A stretch of DNA of 63,851 nt, the filler included, from Octopus bimaculoides (taxonomy: Eukaryota), in the NCBI RefSeq assembly GCF_001194135.2. It is 5 parts of 5 records of this genome, joined end to end, with 100 filler letters (N's around TTAATTAATTAA, not from the genome) between each part and the next. Parts side by side here need not be neighbours in the genome. Positions count along the whole stretch, not along the records: positions 43,763 to 56,695 come from NC_069009.1; positions 56,796 to 62,531 come from NC_068995.1; positions 62,632 to 63,851 come from NC_069000.1; 2 more parts are not named here. The stretch is one strand, 5' to 3'. Positions 51,939-63,851 of this stretch are shown one piece after another. Made by a program: the position numbers and the translations under genes. The first letter of the stretch is position 1. The number at the start of each line of letters is the position of its first letter. A model generated the notes under the pieces. That model worked only from the letters and a program-made list of their open reading frames with translations, was not told where the DNA came from and searched no databases.

Positions 51939-52070
51939 TTTAGGAATGAGAACCCAGGTTCAAAATCTCCCCGAGACACCTGAAGAAGGGTGGAGGGTAT
52001 ATCAGCCGAAACGTTGTGTTAACAACAAACACGATGAGGACAAATATCCATCAAATGTAAATAATGAAAA
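51939..52070 (+). mobile_element. Family 1 pLTR with hammerhead (51975-52020), antisense within the SCOC intron
   Basis: ACAC-CTGAAGA-A-GGGTG(loop)CAGCC-GAAACGT-T-GTGT; one G-G mismatch in stem II. Confidence 0.8.
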
Positions 52071-52087
52071 TATTTTTTATTAAACTA

Positions 52088-52127
<40 letters not shown>

Positions 52128-52739
52128 TACAAGATCTATCTATCTTTGTCTACCTATCTACCTGTATAGACAGGTAGATAGGTAAGTAGATAGATAGATA
52201 GGTAGAGAGATAGACAAAAATAGATAGATATAGACAGATGGATAGACAGAGGGGTAGAGAGAGAATTAGAGAAACATAATAAGAGTGGGAGAGACAGAGA
52301 GGAAGAGAGAGAGAGCAAAACATAGGTATAAGGATATAATAGAAAAGTTAAAAAGAGTTTGCATGATGGTGATAAACATCTAGAACTGATCACATGATGT
52401 CGAGACAAGGATATACACAAACACACACATTTATATATATATAATTTGCTTAGGTATTGCAAACTTAATAACCTGGTGTAGAACTCAATAAACAAAATGA
52501 AGTATTAGTTGAGTACAGAGTAGTAATAAGAAAATGAGATGACAAAGGAATAGACAATAATCTTATGAACTTCAATAGCTTACAGCTGTTTCTCCTACAA
52601 GATTCAGTGGAGTCGTAGTTGAGTGCCTGAGTAACAGCTTATAGCTTCATCAGAGCCTCATATATGAAGTGCAATTTATATGGGAAGACAATTTCATTTA
52701 TGCATATATTTATATATAAGAAAAAGCATTACTATTAGA

Positions 52740-52990
52740 AATGAGAATCCATGTTCAAAATCCCAGAAGCAGAGACAGTGCGAGACCTGGGCATTTACAT
52801 GAGTAATAATGCATCCTTTCATGTTCATGTTGCTAAATTGTCAATGAAATGCAGGCGACTGACTGGATGGATTCTTAGGACTTTTAGAATAAGAGATCAG
52901 GAAACCATGATGGTGCTCTGGAGGACACTTGTTCTAAGCCACTTTGACTATTGCTCTCAGCTATGGTCACCAACCAGTGTCAAATTAATC
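52740..52990 (+). mobile_element. CR1/L2-clade ORF2 fragment
   Basis: VRDLGIYMSNNASFHVHV...GWILRTFR.R...MMVLWRTLVLSHFDYCSQLWSP; runs into a gap. Confidence 0.85.
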
Positions 52991-54704
52991 NNNNNNNNNN
53001 NNNNNNNNNNNNNNNNNNNNNNNNNNNNNNNNNNNNNNNNNNNNNNNNNNNNNNNNNNNNNNNNNNNNNNNNNNNNNNNNNNNNNNNNNNNNNNNNNNNN
53101 NNNNNNNNNNNNNNNNNNNNNNNNNNNNNNNNNNNNNNNNNNNNNNNNNNNNNNNNNNNNNNNNNNNNNNNNNNNNNNNNNNNNNNNNNNNNNNNNNNNN
53201 NNNNNNNNNNNNNNNNNNNNNNNNNNNNNNNNNNNNNNNNNNNNNNNNNNNNNNNNNNNNNNNNNNNNNNNNNNNNNNNNNNNNNNNNNNNNNNNNNNNN
53301 NNNNNNNNNNNNNNNNNNNNNNNNNNNNNNNNNNNNNNNNNNNNNNNNNNNNNNNNNNNNNNNNNNNNNNNNNNNNNNNNNNNNNNNNNNNNNNNNNNNN
53401 NNNNNNNNNNNNNNNNNNNNNNNNNNNNNNNNNNNNNNNNNNNNNNNNNNNNNNNNNNNNNNNNNNNNNNNNNNNNNNNNNNNNNNNNNNNNNNNNNNNN
53501 NNNNNNNNNNNNNNNNNNNNNNNNNNNNNNNNNNNNNNNNNNNNNNNNNNNNNNNNNNNNNNNNNNNNNNNNNNNNNNNNNNNNNNNNNNNNNNNNNNNN
53601 NNNNNNNNNNNNNNNNNNNNNNNNNNNNNNNNNNNNNNNNNNNNNNNNNNNNNNNNNNNNNNNNNNNNNNNNNNNNNNNNNNNNNNNNNNNNNNNNNNNN
53701 NNNNNNNNNNNNNNNNNNTATATATATATTTAATTATATGTATTTCTTCTATCTTAATGAATAAAAATTCTTCGGATAGAATAAATGGGTTAATAGAAAC
53801 CAATGTAGCAAAGAACACAAAATAACTGTGGTGTAGTTCCTGTTTTTAAGGCAGGAACTCCTTGAAATTTTGGGTATTTGAGTATATTTAAAAATTTAAG
53901 GAATGGAGAAAACACATGTTATGATTGCATACTTTATTCCTACATATGTTTCAAAGGATTACAACCTGTGTGATCCATAGGGATCTGTGATATTAAAATT
54001 GTAACCTTCTCTTCAGGGAATGCAGTACCATTCTAACCTCTAAAAGCTTTTTTTCTTAATCTTAACCTTTTGAAAAAATCTTTCTCTAAATAAAAAAATA
54101 TATATATACACATATATATACTAGAAATAACAGTGTAGTGACTAATGAGATTGTGGTGTGGTGGATTAGTAAGGTAGTGAGGGCATGTGCTGTGGTGGAG
54201 TCGTAAGGTAAATGAGACCATATTATGTGGTGGTCCTGTGGTAGTGACCACATGTGGTGATGAGGTATGATAGTGAAAACTCATCTAGCAATTGTGGTCT
54301 AGTGTGGTAATTAACAAGATCACGTGGTGTTGTAGTCAGTAGCATTGTAGTGAGGACATAGTATGTAGTGGTGTACTGCAATATGTAGAACATGATAATG
54401 CAGAATATCAGTGACTGGAAAATGCTGAGTGAGGATATCAAGTGTAATAGTTATATTACAGGTGTGCAGTCTTACATCAATACTACAGGTGCTTGAACAT
54501 ACCTGAGTTTACCAATGTAAAAACATCCTGGAACCCTCCTTGAAATAAATAATAAAACAACAGAGACTGTAATGAAGGCCACAGAATCACATCACCAAGA
54601 AGAGAAAATAATAAATGAATACTAACTACATATTCAGGGTTAAATTCATCAGCTTGAAAGTTTCTCACAAATTTTGCTACCATGTACTTCTATTAAGAAT
54701 GCAA

Positions 54705-54838
54705 GAACGGTGGATTGGCAGGATCAGTAGAGCATCAGAAAAGTTGCTCTGTGATATTTATTCCTGTTCTTTATGATCCATGTTTGAATCCCACTGAGGT
54801 CAAAGTTGACCTTCACAGGACTTGAACTCAGAACATAA
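54705..54838 (+). mobile_element. SINE family B fragment(s)
   Basis: GGTGGATTGGCAGGATC...GTTTGAATCCCACTGAGGTCAA. Confidence 0.55.
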
Positions 54839-55344
54839 ATCTTTTTCTCTACTTTCAATTTCATTTTAAAGTGAAACTTGAAAATGTTGATGAGAGCTTA
54901 ACTAAAAAGGAAAGTATCTGTCCTCAGTCCTTTCAATCGGGTCCACCACATAACCTCTTTCACTAAGGCCACCAGACAAATGAACATTATTACGTCACTC
55001 ACAAATAATAACAACAAAAACAACATCTACGAGCAACAAGTGTACATGTGATCATCAGAGCTTTTGGGAAAATACAAGGTACTCTCAAACACTATGACCA
55101 AATACCAAGAAACCCCAAGGTATTAGAACTACAAAAAAATTGTCCTCATGAGTACTGCCAACACATCCTAAGGAAAACATTGGCAACTTGAGAATATCTG
55201 ATTTGCTTAAAACTCTTTCAAAACTGAAATATTACAAATTTTCATTCTCAGATTCTGGTCTCCTTCTTATAACAATAAGTATATCATTGCTAATCATAAA
55301 TAACATCCATCCTAAAATATGCAACTCATATAAAACAAAGCAAT

Positions 55345-55498
55345 AACAATAAGCCTTTCTACTGGAGGCACAAGGCCTCAAATTGGGCAGGAGGGGACTA
55401 GACACTTACATCATCCCCAGTGTTTTACTGGTACTTAATTTATCAACCCTGAAAGGACGAAAGGCAAAGTTGACCTCAGTGGAATTTGAACTCAGAAT
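55345..55498 (-). mobile_element. SINE family B 3' part
   Basis: GGTACTTAATTTATC..CCCTGAAAGGA.GAAAGGCAAAGTTGACCTC. Confidence 0.8.
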
Positions 55499-56045
55499 CA
55501 TCATCATCATCGTTTAACGTCCATTTTCCATGCTGGCATGGGTTGGACGATTTGACTGAGGACTGGTGAAACCGGATGGCAACACCAGGCTCCAATCTGA
55601 TTTGGCAGAGTTTCTACAGCTGGATGCCCTTCCTAATGCCAACCACTCCGAGAGTGTAGTGGGTGCTTTTACATGCCACNNNNNNNNNNNNNNNNNNNNC
55701 CCCGAGAGTGTAGTGGGTGCTTTTACATGCCACTGGCACAAGGGCCAGTTAGGCGGTACTGGCAACGGCCACGCTCAAAATGGTGTTCTTTACGTGCCAC
55801 CTGTACAGGAGCCAGTCCAATGGCACTGGCAACAACCTCGCTCGAATGTCTTTTCACGTGCCACTGGCAGAAGTAAGGCGATGCTGGTAACAATCATGCT
55901 TGAACGGTGCTTTTTACGTGTCACCAACATGGAAGCCAGTCAGCTGCTCTGGCAACGATCACGCTCGCATGGTGCTCTTAGTGCTCCACTAGCACGGAAT
56001 TGATTTCAGTTTCAATTTCACTTTCCTCAACAGGTCTTCGAGTGA
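55497..56045 (-). mobile_element. Non-autonomous retroposon with (GAT)n tail and internal ~60-bp tandem array
   Basis: Minus-strand tail CCAACCCATGCCAGCATGGAAAATGGACGTTAAACGATGATGATG; about 5 diverged TTTTACGTGCCAC...CTGGCAAC..CACGCTC units. Confidence 0.7.
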
Positions 56046-56454
56046 CAAAATACACTAAGCATTTTGCCTGGCCTGCTAACGACTTATAAAATAATAATAA
56101 AATGCCCTGATGCAATATCATGGCTTCTAATCTTAACTGATTGGAAGTGTTATCATGTACATTGTTTTGTCTTGGTATAAAAAGATGGGCTACAGCAAAT
56201 ATTCTGCTCAATACCACAGATTTGCTTGTCAGTTGTTTGACCTTAACCAGTTGAGCATGTCCCTTGGTGGCTGACGATATGCATCTCTGATCACGAGCAG
56301 GAGTAGTGGGGGAGCATCATAGCCATGTTTTGAGAGGAATTCTTTGGGGTTTGGATAGTTCACCTCTGGAAACAAGAGTGTTTCATTCATCATCCTTAAA
56401 CAAACCTTATTCAGGGACCTTTTGAGCATGTGCTGATCTCTCAGTCAATAATAA

Positions 56455-56565
56455 TCCTTTCTACTAAAGGCACAAGACCTGAAATTTTGAAGGAGGGGAC
56501 TAGTTGATTACATTGATCTCAGCGCTTCGTTAGTACTTAATTTATCGACCCTGAAAGAATGAATA
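56455..56565 (-). mobile_element. SINE family B 3' part
   Basis: Same tail as 55345-55498. Confidence 0.7.
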
Positions 56566-56695
56566 TTTCTAGCAATGTAGGTGTTTTAATTCCCTCGTCA
56601 TCTTTTGTGACAATTATACTTTCCCTTTTTGGTAACACATTGCACACAGCTGTCTGTATTACTCTACAAATATATATATATATATAACATATCAG

Positions 56696-56795
56696 NNNNN
56701 NNNNNNNNNNNNNNNNNNNNNNNNNNNNNNNNNNNNNNNTTAATTAATTAANNNNNNNNNNNNNNNNNNNNNNNNNNNNNNNNNNNNNNNNNNNN
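56696..56795. other. Scaffold-join spacer
   Basis: Same layout. Confidence 0.95.
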
Positions 56796-56849
<54 letters not shown>

Positions 56850-56855
<6 letters not shown>

Positions 56856-57281
56856 GTAAAGAAGCTCCCTTCCTAACCACGTGATTCCGGGTTCAGTCCC
56901 AGTGCGTGGCAGTTTGGGCAAGTGTCTTCTACTATCGCCTCGGGGTGACCGAAGCCTTGTGAGTGGATATTTTAGACAGAAACTGAAAGCACGTCGCATA
57001 CATATCTATATCTATATATATGTGTGTATGTGCCTGTGTGCGTATGTTTGTGTATGTATGTATTTATGTTTGTGTCTGCGTTTGTCACTCCACCATCGCA
57101 TGACAACCTATGCTGGTGTGTTTATGTTCCCGTAAGCTAGCGGTTTGGCCAAAGATACCGATAGAATAAGTACGAAGCTTACAAAGACTAAGTCCTGGGG
57201 TCGATTTCTTCGATTAAAACCGTTTAAAACGGTACTCCAGTATGGCCGCAGTCGAATGACTGAAACAAATAAAAGAATATA
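56850..57281 (+). mobile_element. SINE family A, full length
   Basis: Head and tail homology to 1615-2064. Confidence 0.85.
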
Positions 57282-57302
57282 TAACAAGTGCACTCAGAGA
57301 GC

Positions 57303-57664
57303 GCAAACCTCCGCCAAAGCAACACCAATGTCCTCTCAACAATTTGCCAGAGATGATCTTTAAAATGAGAATATCTGAAATAAACTCGACTGCTCTCACA
57401 AACGGGAAAACTAAAAATGAATTCGACCGCTCTCAAAAATTAAGTAAAAAAAAAGACAGCAAAAATAATCCAGAATCCTTGTACTGTACCGGATTGATCC
57501 CAAAATTTAATCAGTTCGTGCCAGTCATGAAGCCAAACATCCCTGAAAGTTTCATCTGAATCCATCGGGCGGTTCTTGAGATATCTTGCCCATGGACAAA
57601 CAAACAAACAAGCAAACACGACTGAAAAACAATACCTCCGCCTTCCCTAAGGCGGAGGTAGTAA
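57303..57664 (+). mobile_element. Helentron-associated (HINE/DINE-1-like) non-autonomous element
   Basis: 5' subterminal ACCTCCGCC (57307-57315) repeated at the 3' end as part of the 12-bp hairpin TACCTCCGCCTT-CCCT-AAGGCGGAGGTA (57633-57660). Confidence 0.7.
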
Positions 57665-58041
57665 GAACATAAGGGAGGTTCAAAATTCCCAACAGCTGTT
57701 TCGGCTGCATTTTATTGATGCATTCAAAGATTACATCATGGCAAAAAATCCTTCATCTTCAGCTGATTTTTTAAACAAACAAACAGACAAACAGGCAAGA
57801 ATACTGATAGGGCACAGAAAGTGTGTCAATAGCCAGCTGGGGGAGGTGTTCTCCTGGGGCTACAAGCTACAGTAGCATCCACCCTTAAGGGTTAGCCACA
57901 TTTTAGTGGCAAATATACTTCACGTTGTCGTGCAGCTACTGTTTATACCTCGTTCAGAGATTTAATATTGCTTATATATATATGAATATATATNNNNNNN
58001 NNNNNNNNNNNNNNNNNNNNNNNNNNNNNNNNNNNNNNNNN

Positions 58042-58085
<44 letters not shown>

Positions 58086-58231
58086 TGTCTGTCTGTCTGT
58101 GTCTCTGTGTGTGTGAGTGTACTTTTGTGTGTGTGTGTGTGTGCTCTGGCAATCTGATTTCAAACCTCACTTTTTTCGGGGTCGATAAATAAGTTACCAA
58201 TCGCTTACTGAAGTCGATTCTTCTTCTTCAT

Positions 58232-58387
58232 CTCTTCTTTCTTCTCCTTCTTCTTCTTCTTCTTCTTCTTCTTCTTCTTCTTCTTCTTCTTCTTCTTCTT
58301 CTTCTTCTTCTTCTTCTTCTTCTTCTTCTTCTTCTTCTTCTTCTTCTTCTTCTTCTTCTTCTTCTTCTTCTACTTCTTCTTCTTCTA
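58232..58387. repeat. (CTT)n microsatellite
   Basis: More than 40 near-perfect units. Confidence 0.95.
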
Positions 58388-59024
58388 CTATTACAGCCAC
58401 TTATCTCTCTCCCCTCCACGCGCTCGGTCGCACGCTTTCACTTTCTCCCCTCTCTCACTCTCTCTCTCTCCTCCTCCTCCTCTCTCCCTCTGTGAATGGA
58501 AGATATCGGCTGTGTTCTCACATGGCGAATTATACCCTCCACCCGGTTTAAAAATACCCAAGACAGTCCTATTTCATGACGGCGCCCCATCACCAATTGT
58601 AGTCCTAAAAAAGTAAGAATATGATATTCATGTATATATCCAACAGCATGGATCCTTTATACTTATCCCATGACAGTCTATTTTTCTCTGTATCGGATGG
58701 CATGGAATATTATTTTAGTGACAACCTCATGTTACATTGAGAGATAATACTTTGATGACACTTTTTAGACAACTACAGATCACTAGAGTGATGTCTTCCG
58801 CAGAAATGTGACATAATCGATATTTTCAGTTGCATCTCGAAGCTCAAAGGGTTTTGCTGTCTCTCTTTATTTAGCAGATATTTTGTAGCAATCTCCTGCT
58901 TTTGGATTGCAAACGCATGGTCTTCAAAATGCGATGCGTTGCAGCTGTCAGGAGTCAAGAACGGCTACCCTTCATGTCCATATTAGTGTCATCTTTACGT
59001 CTTCAGGAAACATGCTCATCGTTA

Positions 59025-59660
59025 TCTTAACTTGTTTCGGTCATTAGACTGCGGCCATGCTGGGGCACCGCCTTGAAGAACTGTAGTCGAACGAATCGAC
59101 CCCAGTAGTTATTTACTTTTTTTAAACTTGATACTTATTCTATTGGTCTCTTTTGCCAAACCGCTAAGTTAAGGGAACATAAATACACCAACACCAGTTG
59201 TCGAGCGATGAGGGGTGACCAAATACACACGCATACATATATATCAAATANNNNNNNNNNNNNNNNNNNNNNNNNNNNNNNNNNNNNNNNNNNNNNNNNN
59301 NNNNNNNNNNNNNNNNNNNNNNNNNNNNNNNNNNNNNNNNNNNNNNNNNNNNNNNNNNNNNNNNNNNNNNNNNNNNNNNNNNNNNNNNNNNNNNNNNNNN
59401 NNNNNNNNNNNNNNNNNNNNNNNNNNNNNNNNNNNNNNNNNNNNNNNNNNNNNNNNNNNNNNNNNNNNNNNNNNNNNNNNNNNNNNNNNNNNNNNNNNNN
59501 NNNNNNNNNNNNNNNNNNNNNNNNNNNNNNNNNNNNNNNTATATATATATATATATATATATATTTATTTATATTTAATGTATATGTTTGCCGACATAAG
59601 CTATAGTAGAAGACATATTTTCAAGGTGCCACGCTGCAGGATTGAAAGCGGAACCATACA
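59025..59660 (-). mobile_element. SINE family A split by a gap
   Basis: Tail 59025-59225; head remnant 59597-59660. Confidence 0.75.
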
Positions 59661-61304
59661 GCCACACTTGCGCCCATTGCATATTTTGTTTTTGTATTTT
59701 TTTGTTTTGTTTTTTTATGCTGAGTGTTTCACATCCACGCCATCTTTAGTCCAGCTGTTTCGGAGTTGTATGAGCGGACATCAAGCAAAGAGTACTTTCT
59801 GAAGAGCTCAGTGCGATGCTCTTCGCTTCCGTTTTTGCTACTGTTGTTTAGCATTTGTTGCAGAGAGACAGACACTATACGACATTCAAAAGCTATCTGT
59901 ACTGATTTCAAACATCTACCTTTTTCATCTCAGAAAAGATGAAAGAAGTAGAGGCTGGAAAATTTACTAATAGAGCCTGTCAAAATCACCTTTTTTTTTG
60001 TAAAAGTTTCCAGTTGGTGTCAGGTTCTTGCAGATTTTAACGTATAATGCTGTGGATTTCCTCTACACACCAGTCAAGTATCCCAAATGCTTGCACCAAC
60101 ATTATTATGGCAAATGCATTGCGAAATTTCGTTCAGAGTTCCGACAGTCATGTTTTTCTAAGTCTAGAGTAATATTCCCGGGTCACTCTATTTTTATTCA
60201 CAGTAGCTTCGTATGAAGCGTTTGTTATCAATGCCTAAATATTTGTGGCATTCTTTGTGTGGAACTGAAGAGATAGAGAGAACGTAGATGCAAGGCTTTT
60301 TTTGGTTTAGGAAACTCATTTTTCAACGTTCAACAATCAAACGTATGTGTGTGTATGTATGTAAGAACACCTGGATGCATGCGTATATGTATGATGTATA
60401 TAAGTATGCTGCCATGTTTTATATATATTCTTAGACCAAATTCTTATGTCATCAATATTCTTCTAAGCATGATTCTTCCTCTTAATGTGACAACTTATTT
60501 CTTAAGTTTTCGCAAAATTTTTTTGAATGAGTGTATGCCAGTGTGTGTGTGTGTGTGTGTACATGAGTACGTTTATGTGTATGTGTATGTATATGTGAAT
60601 TGATAGATGTGTTTATGTTTGTGTGTAAATATTTGTGTTTGTGCTTAGATAGTTTTATTTGTGCATACGTTTACCTGTGTGTGTGTGCGTGTGTGTGTGA
60701 GTCTGTCTGTTTGTCTGTCTGCTTCTGTGTGTGTGTGTGTGTGTGTGTGAATCTGTATTTACGTCTGTGTGCGTACATGCGTGTGCGCATATGTGTGTCT
60801 GTCGGTATTTTGTGCGCGTGCGTACTAATAGATGTGATGGTACGCACTTGCGCGTAGGTGTTTATCTTTCGGTGCATATACGTGCGCTCATGTGCATGTG
60901 TGCATGTGTGTGTGTATGTGTGTGCATGTGCATGTGTGTACATGTGCATGTGTGTGCATGTGTGTGTGCATATACATGAGATTGTGTTTACTTGAGTGCA
61001 TGCTTCTTGTGTGTTTACGAGTGTGTGCGTACGTGTGTGTGTGTGTGTGTGTGTGTGTTTCGGTGTACGTTTATTTATATGCATGTACGATAGCGTGACA
61101 AGGAATGTTTGTGTATGACTATATGTATGTGTGTGCATGTGTGTGTGTGTATGCGTGTATCTGCGCACGTCTGTGTGTCCCTGTAAGAAGGTGAAGATAG
61201 AAGTGACAATATGTCGTCTATAGTCTTTCTATCTTTGACCTTTCGTTAGAGGGCTTCTTGTTCGCTCACACTTCCTTTAACCTCCACGTTCTTATTGCCG
61301 TTGT

Positions 61305-61316
61305 TTTTGTCATCAC

Positions 61317-61362
<46 letters not shown>

Positions 61363-61405
61363 GTCATCATCGTCATCATCATCGTCATCATCATCATCAT
61401 CGGCG

Positions 61406-61443
<38 letters not shown>

Positions 61444-61832
61444 GTCATCATCATCGTCATCATCGTCATCATCATCGTCATNNNNNNNNNNNNNNNNNNN
61501 NNNNNNNNNNNNNNNNNNNNNNNNNNNNNNNNNNNNNNNNNNNNNNNNNNNNNNNNNNNNNNNNNNNNNNNNNNNNNNNNNNNNNNNNNNNNNNNNNNNN
61601 NNNNNNNNNNNNNNNNNNNNNNNNNNNNNNNNNNNNNNNNNNNNNNNNNNNNNNNNNNNNNNNNNNNNNNNNNNNNNNNNNNNNNNNNNNNNNNNNNNNN
61701 NNNNNNNNNNNNNNNNNNNNNNNNNNNNNNNNNNNNNNNNNNNNNNNNNNNNNNNNNNNNNNNNNNNNNNNNNNNNNNNNNNNNNNNNNNNNNNNNNNNN
61801 NNNNNNNNNNNNNNNNNNNNNTTTGTCATCAC

Positions 61833-61878
<46 letters not shown>

Positions 61879-61921
61879 GTCATCATCGTCATCATCATCG
61901 TCATCATCATCATCATCGGCG

Positions 61922-61959
<38 letters not shown>

Positions 61960-62250
61960 GTCATCATCATCGTCATCATCGTCATCATCATCGTCATCAT
62001 CATCGTCATCATCATTGTCATCATCATCGTCATCATCATCGTCATCATCGTCATCATCGTCATCATCGTTATTCATGCAGCCGCTGTTGTTGTTGTTGTT
62101 GTTTGTGTCATCATCGTCATCATCACCGTCATCGTCGTCATTCACGTTGTTCTTGCTGTTGTCATCGTCGTCATCGCTTTTATCATTCATGCTGTTGTTG
62201 CTGTTGTTGTTGTTGTCGGTTCTGTTTTATTTGTTGGCTTTGTTGTGTTC
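61305..62250. repeat. Compound (CAT/CGT)n and (GTT)n trinucleotide tract with a duplicated block across the gap
   Basis: 61305-61481 is repeated from 61822. Confidence 0.9.
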
Positions 62251-62531
62251 GACGTTTTTACCGTCTTCGTCTTTCTTCTTCGCTTTTCTCTTTCTTTTTC
62301 TTTTTCTTCTCCCCCTCTCCTCCTAGTCCTCCTCCTCCTTGTCCTCGTCCTCCTTCTCTGCTTCCCTTCTTCTTCTCTTCCTCCTCCTCTACCTTCTTTC
62401 TTTTTCTCCTCCCTCTCCTCCTAACCTTCCTCCTCCTCCTCCTTCTCTGCCTTCCTTCTTCTTCTCTTCCTCCTCCTCTACCTTCTTTCTTTTTCTCCTC
62501 CCTCTCCTCCTAATCTTCCTCCTCCTCCTCC

Positions 62532-62631
62532 NNNNNNNNNNNNNNNNNNNNNNNNNNNNNNNNNNNNNNNNNNNNTTAATTAATTAANNNNNNNNNNNNN
62601 NNNNNNNNNNNNNNNNNNNNNNNNNNNNNNN
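62532..62631. other. Scaffold-join spacer
   Basis: Same layout. Confidence 0.95.
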
Positions 62632-62719
62632 ATAAATGAGTATATGCATATATACGTACAAGTATGTGCATACCTACGTCTACCTGTAAATATAGATGCA
62701 TATCTGGGTACAGGACATT

Positions 62720-63310
62720 GTAAACAAAGCGTAGACAAAATGATAAACGAGTACAGAAAACACACAGGCCACATAGAGAACATCTCCTTCATCAGCTGCC
62801 CACATTCTAACACAGGCGTTTCGAAGAGTAGGGCAGGATGCATCGTTAAAACGGCTCTTCCCATGGACCACAAATTAAATTTAAATTAAATTTGTAATGT
62901 GGAGGAATATAGTGGCGGACAAAACAAAACAGGAAAATGATACAGTGAGAACAAACACGAAGGCTGTACGGCCAGACGTGAAAAAAATATGTGCTGAACG
63001 CTGAGAAGCAATGAACTGGAAACGAGACAAAGAATTGTTTGTGGTAGCTTTGTGCTATACATACATATATATATGTATGTATATATATGTGTATGTGTAT
63101 ATATATGAATATCTATATACATATATGTGTGTGTATGTATATGTATATATGTGTGTATANNNNNNNNNNNNNNNNNNNNNNNNNNNNNNNNNNNNNNNNN
63201 NNNNNNNNNNNNNNNNNNNNNNNNNNNNNNNNNNNNNNNNNNNNNNNNNNNNNNNNNNNACGTTTCGAGCCTACGCTCTTCAACTGAAAGGAACACAGAA
63301 AGAAACAAAT
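62720..63310 (-). mobile_element. Family 2 pLTR-associated repeat, gap-interrupted, with variant hammerhead at 63260-63291
   Basis: Minus strand CTTT-CAGTTGA-A-GAGC(gtag)GCTC-GAAACGT then a gap. Including 62720-63050 in the same element is inferred. Confidence 0.55.
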
Positions 63311-63851
63311 ATAAATGTAGTGGTCAGCAATCTATCATGGTGAATGCCGGACAGAAGGATCACGCAGGAGAGCTAAGAAGAAAGGGAGATAACAAAGTGG
63401 TGAACCCAAGACGAGAAGCTGCGTGTGTGTGAGAGAATGCTGGTGATCTTAACGTATGTATGTGTGTATATAGATGTGAAAATGTGGGGAAGGGGATTGG
63501 TCAGTGCTAGTGTGTGCGTGGTGGTGTGTTGTGTGATATGGTGTAGCGTGGTGTGATGTGAGGGTGTTTGGAGGTGGGGAAGGCAAGAGTGGGAAAAGCA
63601 AGGGTGGAGTGTGGGTTAGGCTGAGGGTGGGGGTAGAGGTAGGGGTATGTGGGTAGGCAGAAGTTGGGGTGGGTGTAAGGGATGGGATGGGAAGGTGGAG
63701 TAGGAGTGTGTAGGGGTAGGATGGGCTTATGCAGGAGGGCAGAGAGGCAAAGGGAGGGGGTTTAGATGAAGAAGGGAGGGGAGTTGAGCCCATGTGGTGC
63801 AAAGGAGCGAAGAGAGAAGATTAATCCCTGTTCATAGCGCAAATGGGAGTC

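Noticed and set aside
54471-54542. Possible terminal exon (ttacag|G-CAVLHQYYRCLNIPEFTNVKTSWNPP*) followed by AATAAA
   Set aside because: Weak pyrimidine tract, no recognisable homology and no linked upstream exon.
55680-55995. CRISPR-like repeat array
   Set aside because: Eukaryotic context, diverged head-to-tail units without unique spacers, no cas genes.
58209-58231. Candidate upstream SCOC exon (ATG AAG AAG AAG AAT CGA CTT CA|gtaagc) that would splice in frame to 51643
   Set aside because: It lies across the scaffold spacer at 56696-56795, the donor overlaps a degenerate SINE-like sequence, and a frame match has a 1-in-3 chance.
63560-63790. G-quadruplex regulatory element
   Set aside because: Part of a degenerate GT-rich low-complexity tract with no associated gene.

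Overview
Repeat-saturated, AT-rich animal genomic DNA, most likely an Octopus-type cephalopod (inference from the SINE repertoire and the extreme TA/TG/TAA/CAT microsatellite density). Four identical 100-bp spacers (44 N + TTAATTAATTAA + 44 N) show that the window joins five scaffolds: 1-18562, 18663-43662, 43763-56695, 56796-62531 and 62632-63851. Distances across these joins are unknown. Almost all long ORFs in the track are microsatellite or N-gap artefacts. The only recognisable host protein-coding sequence is a SCOC (short coiled-coil protein) exon on the minus strand at about 51.3-51.6 kb. It has a clear 3' splice site and a Gly-rich C-terminal extension running into a gap. The rest is tRNA-derived SINEs and decayed Penelope-like (Naiad-type), R4/Dong, CRE, RTE, CR1, mariner/pogo, hAT, Merlin, Chapaev-like and Helentron-type elements. 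The most interesting signal is a set of minimal hammerhead-ribozyme motifs from three Penelope-type pLTR families, one with a recurring non-canonical A6U core. They sit in or next to AT microsatellites and repeatedly accompany long foldback palindromes, including a ~510-bp palindrome at 28.0-28.6 kb later interrupted by a Dong 3' end.
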